DNA of 45,019 nt, the filler included, from Jimgerdemannia flammicorona (taxonomy: Eukaryota), in NCBI GenBank assembly GCA_003990765.1. It is 2 parts of 2 records of this genome, joined end to end, with 100 filler letters (N's around TTAATTAATTAA, not from the genome) between each part and the next. Parts side by side here need not be neighbours in the genome. Positions count along the whole stretch, not along the records: positions 22,561 to 45,019 come from RBNJ01001277.1; 1 more part is not named here. One strand, written 5' to 3'. Below are positions 35,853 through 45,019 of this stretch, piece by piece. Made by a program: the position numbers and the translations under genes. Numbering within the stretch: position 1 is the stretch's first letter; the number at the start of each line of letters is the position of its first letter. The notes beneath the pieces were generated by a model. That model searched no databases. It had not been told where the DNA came from and was given only the letters and a program-made list of their open reading frames with translations.

Positions 35853-37264
35853 ACAGATTAGATCACTCCTTAGACTACAAAAACACATTCACTCGGCATG
35901 AAATAATACAAAAATAATTAGAACAAAGTTGCCACGAACTTTGTAAAGTTAATCGACACCTCAACAATTTTATCGCCCAGATATGAGAAGCTTCCCCCTT
36001 AAGCTTATGTCTATTTAAATTATCTGGCATCATATCCGTTGATTGATTGCCATTCTTCTTTTTCTTATTTTCCACGAAAGCGGAAATCATCGAGGTTTGA
36101 ACATCATGAAGCTTAATTCGTGGATTACAAATGATCCTATTGTGCTACCCATGCAACGGGTCCAATGAGGAATGACACATACAAGTCGATGCCATGATTC
36201 GTCTTAATTGTAATATTATTTGCAATCCTTGTTCTTGTGATATTGACGAGATAAAGGTAACTCAGTCAAAATGCACAGAACAAAAAACTATGCGACTTTA
36301 GTATACCCGCCCTCAGACCATCAAAAATACACACATTAGGTTACAAAACCGAATGAATTCATGCGCAACATTCCAAAACCACCGAACAACAAAAATCTAC
36401 TTTTTGGTAATACTGTCAGAGGAATGCACCAATAAGCAATAGCGGTGCCGAATATATATATATGTATATACGATATATACGAAAATAGCCAATGACGGAA
36501 ATTACACTGGACCTACGCACAAAAGGGTTCTAATAAATTCAGAGATAAATCAAGCAGATTGACCGAGTGAAATGGTATTGAAATGATACAAACGGCATGT
36601 ACCCATTATAAAAATGCCTGGGAAGAAGCACGCTGAATTCATGTGTATGCGACGAAAATACGTAAAGGGATGAAAGTGTAAAGACGAAATTTCTCACAGA
36701 CGGAAACCGCATTAGTTTCCTTGTCATCCATAAAACCTAGATTTTCATCGCGCCACAAAAGGCGATGTCACGGCGCGTGTGGGCTATATAGTCTGTATTT
36801 GAAAACTCAGTAAACGTGGGAACGTTGCTTTGTCTTCGATCGGCAGTGCTTCGACTGTTGTCTATTTATGGTTAGTATTTTTCGCGTTGATCACAAAACG
36901 GCAGAGGGGTTTTTATCGTGGTGCCAACCCAAAATATTGCACTAGTCACAAAATAGCGGGCTGTCATGCAAAGTTAAAATGCTTCGGTTTTTTAGGAGGC
37001 CGCATGAACGCTTTCGAAACCAATTACTCTAGATAATAACATCCCATCGACTCGTGCATATTTCTTCCCGCGAGATTCAATATTTCTCTTTATCTACAAT
37101 ACATATACTGTATCAAACTTGGTCATAACGATGGATACTAGGCAGTATTCCCAGGTCAATCCTGGCATTCTCACACATTCTGTCTACCGGCAACATCCAG
37201 TCGCAATAAGCAACTTTCACTAGGCATTTTGATGTCTTCCCCCACACTAATTCTTCAATTCCAG

Positions 37265-37614
37265 AAGGTAGGAGCTCCTAGCATTCCAAGAAGCCGGGAA
37301 TGACGGCAAAACCACCCCCCACCCAAACGTCTCCCCATCCCGAAAAATAATACAATGCTCTATTCGGAGCAGATGACACTCGCACGAACTCCAGGCCCTT
37401 CAGGGGTACCTGCCGACAGTACTCACCACGGACGTCCAAAAGGGAGAACGTCGCCAGCAACCGCCAGCATCCGGGGTTTACTGAACTCTCCTCGATCCCG
37501 ACAAATAATGCTAGGCGTGTAGAGAGGCACGCAGAGGATGTGAGAGAAGCTACTCCTTGTAAGAGGTGCGTGAAAGCTGGAATACCAAACGGATGCTACT
37601 ACAGAGTGCCATAG
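37265..37614 (+). pseudogene. Zn2Cys6 pseudogene 3 (5' boundary approximate)
   Basis: 37509-37614 reads C*ACREARRGCER, then a 1-nt frameshift, then ATPCKRCVKAGIPNGCYYRVP*. All six Cys are present (Cx2Cx6Cx5Cx2Cx8C). An upstream CTAAT..CCAG acceptor-like site lies at ~37264. Confidence 0.75.
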
Positions 37615-38898
37615 TTTAGAACACCCCAACACGCTCTTGGGCGTGGATATTACGAAAGGGGAAATTTTGTGGTAACTCATGCTGTTTTGGTCATTTGGTT
37701 CGCATTGAGTGAGGTGAGATGGTAACGTGTGTGCCTTTATTCTCTATGTAAATTGGCCACAGTAAGAAGGATCGGCAGAGGTGTGTACTCAATATACATC
37801 AAAGATATGTTTGTATACAATCGTATCTGTTCGACACGCGCCTTCATGATCCAAAATATATTGAGGGAGACCCACAGACAGGTGAGTCATATACAAGGCG
37901 TTTTGAGGTCTACGCGCCGAACGCTCCGTATTCCGCTTTTAGAAGGCTTTTGTCGATCCTCCCGGTGCATGCGAGGGCGCGACCATTTGCGGAATGGTCT
38001 GTTTCCACGTAGAATGCAACATATACAGTAACTTCCCGTCGTATATGGCTACCCCATAATCAGACATACCATCATCAGGCCGCGCGCACTTGAAACAAGA
38101 ATTTGAAGCTGGATTCGGCGTATCAACCAAATGCGACCGTACCGTTCCCGTCTGAGTACGAAAACAAGATTCACATCCGCCATTCTAAATTTCAATGCGC
38201 TTTTTTTTTTTTTTTTTTCGGAGCTTCAATGTGTGGCGTTTCCGTTATCCTTTTTTTTGGTCAGATAATCTACTCTGCGGCCGTAGCCAACACTTCAGCA
38301 TGACAGCTTTGTAAATGTACGCTCATTGTTTAGGTGTTTGTGCAGACATAACTGACAGCAGCAAAGGATAAGTCCAAAAAAACGTTTGGGGCTCTCTTGC
38401 GCACTACATAATACGTCATCTGGAGCTTCACCGTTTTGCGTCCTCTCATCTCTAGAACCCCTTTCCTGTTTTGTAACGTTCCCGGTCGCGCGATGTCATA
38501 AAAGGACCTGTCTCTCCTACTTTTGGTTATATATAAAAAAAAAAACGTGGCAAAGTCAAAGTCAAATTTCAATCCCCGAAGGTCATGAGCTGTACTGCGC
38601 GTATGCTGGCCAGCTACCGTTAAACATCGACGGCAAACGTAACATTAATATGCATTGCGGTTATCTTTTCTCGAAAGTTGCAGCGCTCGCATAACAGATA
38701 GCGGCTCCGATTGCCAATTAAGCCATCTCTCCGTTGCGGGTCTAAAATTGGCTGCGAGCAATAGGTAACGCTGCCGTGGTTATCGCCTCGATGCATAGGA
38801 AGAAGTTCCAGGAGCAGTTCGACAGATCAGAGAGCTTGGGAAATCCTCCTTGTAAATGATCTCCCAATATTAAATTATCTCGACAGTTTATCAAAGCG

Positions 38899-39846
38899 AT
38901 GAATATTGACACAGAGTAAGTTTCGTAGAGCTCTTTCAAGGACCTCACCAATACGTTTTGGTGTTGATTAATTTTTTTACTCCCATCCTTAAAAAAAAAA
39001 AAAAAAAAATTAGATATCCGCATCAAAAGTTTTTAGACGGCTTGCAAGATAATTTTATGGACGAAGTACTGAAAATCCATAATGACCAAGCGCACTACTC
39101 GGACACGCCGAACGATATTCACCAACAGCCACCTAATGCGGCGCCATCTCAGCATGCAGCGTCGCAACACGCGCCGGGTCCAGCAACTTCACGTAAACAA
39201 CCTGCCGATGGCATCGGGGGTTCGCTTGCGTCCAGCCTCCCCATTCCGGCATCTAGCGAGCCTTCCAAGCTTCAAATAGTCCCAGAAACCGGTCGGGGTT
39301 CCGAGGCTGAACAGTCACTGAAAAGGCAGACAGTCCCAAGGATTCGCGAAGCATGTCTACCATGTCAGAAAGCACACAGAAAATGTGACGGCATGTTGCC
39401 TTGCAAAGAATGCAATAAAAAAGGTAAAAACTGCCGCTACAAAAACGGTAAACCGAATCCCCTCTCCGGACAGCCCTTGCCACCAGCTTCGGTCAACGAA
39501 GGCGATGCAATCCAATTATTCATCCCCCAGCCATTGTCAAACGTCGGGATAGACGAAGAGGTTTATGATCAGCCCGCAGGTGATCTCGTCGGTTCCGATT
39601 ACGGCGCAATCGAGACGAAGCCATTCCGTGATCTTGGCCAACTTTTCCGTAAGGTCCTTCGCAAACGTATTTTACGGAAAATCCTCGCTGGCCCCCGTCA
39701 ACACGCTCAACACCAAGAGGAGACGCGAGTTGGTGACAACGGCAACACCAGCAAACAAGGTGACGAAGGGTCGTCGCGCAGCAAGCAGGGCAGGATCAGG
39801 AGCATCGTCGGGAGGTTTCTTTTTCGAAGGTCGGTTTTTTTTTTTT

Positions 39847-39886
<40 letters not shown>

Positions 39887-39908
39887 GATGTCTGGATTGC
39901 AAAATTGA
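38899..39908 (+). CDS. Zn2Cys6 protein 4 (exons 38899-38915 and 39014-39908; possible extra intron at 39830-39886), ~285-303 aa
   Basis: MNIDTE|YPHQKFLDGLQDNFMDEVLKIH after a GTAAGT..TAG intron; intact ACLPCQKAHRKCDGMLPCKECNKKGKNCRY. Confidence 0.85.
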
Positions 39909-40238
39909 AACTCGATCCTTTTCTGATTTGACGGCATTCTCTTTTCGGCATGTGTTGCAGCGGGAGGCCATCGGCCCGACCGAAAAGGTCAGGTTTGCAG
40001 TAAGCTTCTGACCATATTTCTCGATTTATTGGTCCTACCTGCACACGGTGGTGCGGCACAGGACATCCATAACACATATAAATACATTTACACATGTTTA
40101 CACATATTAACACGTTTACCCGTGCCTTAAAATTTTTCCAGCCCATGTGTTATTTTATCTCTCTCACAACTTATTGGTGAGTGTATATTGTTTATACTAT
40201 TCTAGCTGCTTCCTTTCAATTTATAAATATGGTTAGCA

Positions 40239-40501
40239 TTAAAAAACCTGATATTTGGATTAGTAAATTATTACCATTGTTGTCAGTTGTGTGTAGCTTG
40301 TGACTTGACGGCGGAGCGGCTTGCGGCTTGCGGCTTGCGGCTTGCGGCTTGCGGCTTGCGGCTTTCTATTGTGCTTGTGCGGCTTGTAGCTTGAGTTTGC
40401 GGCTTACTCTCTGATGAAATTTATTAAATCTGATTTTATTTGTCTATCATTTATATATTTAATATTATTGATATATATCTTTTAGGTATCAGGTTTTTTA
40501 A
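40239..40501. mobile_element. MITE-like element (~263 bp) with 15-bp terminal inverted repeats and a central (GCGGCTT)7 tract
   Basis: TTAAAAAACCTGATA (40239-40253) and TATCAGGTTTTTTAA (40487-40501) are perfect inverted repeats; heptamer tract at 40316-40364. Confidence 0.6.
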
Positions 40502-41130
40502 ATGATGGGCGCGTACGCGTTAACCAATTCGGGTTTTGGACGCGCCCAACCTTTTGTCGTAGTGGTTAGGAGCAAACCTCCTGTTGATAATAACAAAATT
40601 TAATTGTTAAAATCACAGCAATATACCCTTGCACTCTTCGGGCAACTATTCCTAATTCTAACTGTTGTTATCCAAGTTTAGAAAAATTGTACAATTATAA
40701 AAAATTGGTCGCACACCCGTATCCTCAGAACCTCTCCGCAATCCTCAATCAAAATTGGAAGGTATATACTAGTATCCGTAGTATACCGCCACACCATCAA
40801 CCACACCGCACCACGCATTACGCGTTACGCGAAGCTTTCGGAGACATTTTCAACGATGCTAACGTCCTTTCCAACATTTGTACTGCATTGCAAAGGCGGG
40901 CCCGTAATGTGTTTCATAAACACGCGTCCGTGTATTTGCAACGCAGGGTCAAGCAACGCCCCCTGCATAGACCGTCCTATTTCGGTCAGACTGGTAGTGG
41001 CGGTATGTGGCGGGAAGGTGGCGCAGAGCATTCGGAGGTGAAATTGGAAATTTTTAAGCACGGGGATATAATCGCCTAACAAAGAGATGGCAAAGCCTAT
41101 ATAAATCTCCTCAGTCGATTGTCTAGTTTA

Positions 41131-41684
41131 ATGGCTTCCGTGTCCCGTACCATTAATATGGCTATTGAAGACGAAGACATTTATATGTTATTCGAAGGCG
41201 ACGACATAACGCTGTGAGTTTCCCTGGTTGAGATTTTTTTATGAATACACAAGGGTAAAACACTAACTATATCCTCTCATCAATTAAAAAATAAAAAAGC
41301 CAAGAGAGTTTTTTGGAAACCCTGCCAGATGACTTTCTGGCAGGTATCCAAAATATCTATAACAGCTCGCAAGTACGCCCCAACCCCATGTCTACACCCG
41401 CGGTTATGGTCGCCCCTGTCCAGCAAGGGAGTTTAAGCGTATTCCATATCGAACGTCGGGATACCGCTTCCACCAGCCCCGTTTCAAATCCAGGACCTCG
41501 GACGCCCACCTTGGACATAGTCTTCGTCCATTATGAAAGGAGATCCCGCACCAAAAAACGGAAAAGATCTAGCGCAAATGTGGTCAAGGCTTGTGAAGGG
41601 TGTCGCAAGTCAAAGAGGAGATGCGACGGACAACAAGGTTGTCGCCAGTGCGTGAAGAGCGGGACCATCTGTATATATAGTTAG
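41131..41684 (+). CDS. Mini Zn2Cys6 protein 5 (~155 aa; exons 41131-41213 and 41300-41684)
   Basis: TATA box TATATAAAT at ~41098; intron GTGAGT..CACTAAC..AAG; ...DDITL|QESFLETLPDDFLAGIQNIY...LDIVFVHY...ACEGCRKSKRRCDGQQGCRQCVKSGTICIYS*. Confidence 0.85.
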
Positions 41685-42423
41685 ATTCTTTCCCATAGAC
41701 GCTCGGGATTATGCAAACATTTCTTTTTATGTATTTATTAGAAAATTTTAACGGCAGTGGGATATAGGATTTTATTATATAAGCATGTACATATATGCCA
41801 ACTATGCCAACTTATGCTATAAACATGACAAATTATGCCAATTTTGTCAATAATAACTCATGACGACAAAAGAAATAAATTCGAGATCCTATACCCGATG
41901 AATCACGATCGGAATGCTATAATGAACACAAAGTAAAACGGTGTTTCGCGCGGGTAGTCGTGCCTAATATTTTGTTGCAGCGGATGGTCAATTGGTCACT
42001 TGGAAGCGTACTATCGAGTTTTATTGTGAAAAGAGACACCGCATAGACCAGTCACCACCGCAGCCCCATAGCTGACATCACCGGCGTCATCTAGAGATCT
42101 AGACTCTTACTAGCATTACAGATAAAATCATAGTTTGATCCTCATCGTCAAGGCTTCAGAGTATAAAGTTGAACTTGTGATACTTCCTACAAATGACAAC
42201 GTCTTCATGCATATGGATAGAATATATAGAATATACACCGAACGGTTCCGTCTCCGTGCTCGCCATATTTTCTTGTCTTCGACTTCTCTTATTTTTACCG
42301 TCATTTACCCTGTTGCTGTTCCAAATACGTCTTTCCCATCATTCACCCCTCAGGGAACCCGGTAGTCGGAGTCCTTTCCGACGGGTGTGGCTTAACTAGG
42401 GTGTTCAACGTCCTAAACAGGAT

Positions 42424-42476
42424 GTCACGTACATGTCACGTGCACGTCACGTCCGTGTCACGTATCATGTGTCACC
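42424..42476. promoter_or_regulatory. Cluster of GTCACGT / CACGTG motifs
   Basis: GTCACGTACATGTCACGTGCACGTCACGTCCGTGTCACGTATCATGTGTCAC contains four GTCACGT copies at 11-bp spacing. Confidence 0.45.
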
Positions 42477-43113
42477 TCGAAAGCCATTGAGTCAGTAAAT
42501 TAGAATTACACTTGGCATATCGAAATCTCAAGCTAAACCTTTAGCACGCCCTCCTCTACTTACCCATTCTCCTTTTATTTCCTTTTGCCTCTGGAGATAG
42601 AAGGACCTTTCATAATTCTGTTACTTGCATATTTTAGAAATATTTAGATATGTGGAGTAAAAGACAAGGGGTCAGATTGGAAAGTACAAGAGATAAAGTA
42701 TAGTGGAATAAAAGAGAACCCAAGAACGAGAGAGAAATATAAATAGATTTTTCAGGAATTGCAAACTTGGAGCGGGAGCCGATGTGCGCAGCGAATGGTT
42801 AGTATAAGGAGGCGGAACCCGATTGGGGTTGTTACATGGTGTAAGAAAGGATTTTTCGTTTCATCATGTTATCTTTTACCCAACGACATTTCTCCGCAGC
42901 AAACCCGAGCGGCATGACATTCCATGGAGAAAGTTCGGTTTTCTAGCGACGAGAAATAGGGGGTCATTTTGTGGATATAAACCCAAACGAACGCTTATAA
43001 AACCGAGACCGGCTACTTGGAGCAGCACTCCTATTGTTTATGCTACAAACACATCCCAAAGAACAATTTGAATACACACATACACTGACCATAAGATCGT
43101 AAGCTCCGACGTT

Positions 43114-43398
43114 ATGTCTGATTTTTTGGCAAGCTTGAAGGACGACGACTTAAAGGAGATCTACGCTAATATGCCCGGCGCGAAGAACTCAACTTCAGCC
43201 ACCAAATATTCCAAGCACTCCTGCCCGTATACCTTTATTGCGTATGGGGGGGTGCTCAAAAAGAAATTAAAGCTGATCGGTGACAAAGCCTCCACTGCCT
43301 GTCCGAAGTGTCGTGTTGGAAAGAGGCGGTGTGATGGAAAGCGACGTACTTGTGCTAAATACAATCCCTTAAGGTCACCAAATTCGCAATATCGTTGA
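43114..43398 (+). CDS. Mini Zn2Cys6-family protein 6 (94 aa, intronless, cluster truncated after Cys4); possibly a pseudogene
   Basis: MSDFLASLKDDDLKEIY...YTFIAY...TACPKCRVGKRRCDGKRRTCAKY; TATAAAA at ~42996. Confidence 0.7.
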   Translation: MSDFLASLKDDDLKEIYANMPGAKNSTSATKYSKHSCPYTFIAYGGVLKKKLKLIGDKASTACPKCRVGKRRCDGKRRTCAKYNPLRSPNSQYR

Positions 43399-44392
43399 CC
43401 CTCGCAAACCGAAATGTAATATTATATTATAATATTTAATTCTTTATTATTAGTCAATAGTTGCGAATTTACTTTCTCTGATCAACGTTTCAATTGATAC
43501 CTATTCATGTATTTACCTATGCTCCTATGCTTCTATACCCCAATTCCCCTATGTCTCTATGCCCTATGCCCTATGCCCTGTTCTATTCATTTGTGTAAAA
43601 CAATTGTGTAAATCAACTGCGAATACATGAAATCTATGCACAAACGTTCCCTGTTGAGTTCCCAGTGTTCGAAAGGTTCCTAAATCATAATTAAAACGCA
43701 AAAGCATATTTCTACCGCATCATAAAATGATATCGAATTGTATACCTGAGAGGCAATAGTTGACGTTTGTGCTGCGGAAGTATTATGTTAATAATTTGGT
43801 CAATTCGACACGGGCTGGCAGAGAAGGCAATTGGCAAGAGGCTTGGTAATTTGAAATATGTTGAACACAGTGCTGCTTTACCCAAACTCATTTGTGGGAA
43901 TCCGGGTCCGAATTTTGCGTTGCGTGTGAGGCTGTGTCGATGGAACAGAGGGGTTGCAAAAACGGAATGCGGTGAACAGTTTCCAACCGAATCGAACGGG
44001 CAATTGACCAATAGCCCAGTCTATTACGTTCCCGTTAGCAAGGCTGCGCCGTGTTCGCGCACCGGACCTAATGTTTTATTCATCGAACTAGAGGATTAAA
44101 TTATATCATAGACTCACGTTGTATTGGATGTGATGCTCATCACGGGGTTGCATCTGATGACTGGCAATTATCGCATAGACACAGACATGACTCCTTAGGA
44201 AGAAAATTTCAAACTTTTGAATGAACACATATTGCTCTTTATTTATGATAGACTCTGGTTGACAATCCACACAAAATCTGGGTGACTATGCGTGTACAAA
44301 TTCGACATTAACGCGGGTCGACCAGGGGAACTTGATACACAAAATAAAAACAATCAACTGATAGACCTATGACGCAGTTTGCGGAACCTCTT

Positions 44393-44810
44393 TGGGAATA
44401 GTGCAAGTTCCAAACCGTGCTGCCTTGAGATTGTTGGTTCTTGGTTCCGCTTTCTATGAGTATTTCCCAAACCGCATTCCTCGGTTGGAATTCCGAATGA
44501 CGGATTGCGGATGACGGATGTCGGATCCTTGTTTTATGAGCCGTGCTGCCTTCAAATCGCGGGTTCTTGGTTCCGCTTTCTTGGCTCATTTTCACAAAAA
44601 TGTAAGAGTATTTCCCAAACCGCGTTTCCCTGTTGGAATTCCGGATGACGGATTCTGGGAATAGCGCAAACTTCAAACCGCGCTGCCTTCAGATTGGGTT
44701 CTTGGCTTTGCTTTCCGGGTTCGTTCTCACCAAAATGTCGAACATTTCCCAAACCACGTTCTTCGGTTGAATTCCGGATGAAATATTGCGGATGACGGAT
44801 GACGGATTCC
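44393..44810. repeat. Diverged tandem repeat (three ~130-140 bp units; ~263 bp higher-order period), possibly transposon subterminal repeats
   Basis: Recurring blocks CCG(T/C)GCTGCCTT, GGTTCTTGG, ATTTCCCAAACC, GAATTCCG(G/A)ATGA and CGGATGACGG; TGGGAATAG.GCAA at 44393 and 44656. Confidence 0.8.
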
Positions 44811-45019
44811 TGTTTTAGTTCCGCATCTTGGGCCTTGCGGATGTTTTTTTTTCATCTTTTTCGGTTCCGCATTCTGCGCCCCTTGCGGGATCTCCTTTTG
44901 GATGCTCTCCACCGTCGCTTTTGTTAGAGATGCGCATCTTTTTTTGGTTCCGCATGTGTGACTTGTGATTCAGTGACATATGCCACTTGAGCAAACCAGT
45001 TTTTTGGGGGCGGGGGGGG

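Noticed and set aside
40687..41079. 130-aa ORF upstream of Zn-cluster gene 5
   Set aside because: Non-ATG start, no motif, and it occupies the probable promoter of gene 5.
43515..43580. Degenerate CCTATGC heptamer run (similarly TATGCCAA at ~41793-41842)
   Set aside because: Short simple-sequence repeats with no further structure.
42401..43868. GTGTTCAAC / GTTGAACAC inverted pair flanking Zn-cluster gene 6 (possible Pack-type transposon)
   Set aside because: Only 9 bp match, the match does not extend, and there is no TSD; compatible with chance.

Overview
Fungal genomic DNA (GT-AG introns, Zn(II)2Cys6 genes; the style suggests an early-diverging, Mucoromycota-like lineage, but this is unverified). 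The window is two blocks of 22,460 and 22,459 bp joined by an artificial 100-bp spacer (N44-TTAATTAATTAA-N44), so the halves are probably not neighbours in the genome. The left block (1-22460) is a nest of dead, almost CpG-free retrotransposons: a Ty1/Copia remnant interrupted by an L1-like LINE, a 5'-truncated LINE with a target-site duplication (TSD), and a Ty3/Gypsy element carrying a dUTPase. The Gypsy RT is split by a full-length 5.8-kb LINE with a perfect 16-17 bp TSD. The right block begins with an AT-eroded 66/69-bp tandem array. At about 25.75 kb it switches sharply to CpG-normal genic DNA with an ankyrin remnant, a 3-exon HSL-family lipase/esterase and a small acidic protein. The most interesting feature is a co-oriented array of at least six very small Zn2Cys6 genes and pseudogenes (33.4-43.4 kb). 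Four share an N-terminal FL(D/E/A)xL motif and three share a phase-2 intron; most are missed or fragmented in the ORF track.
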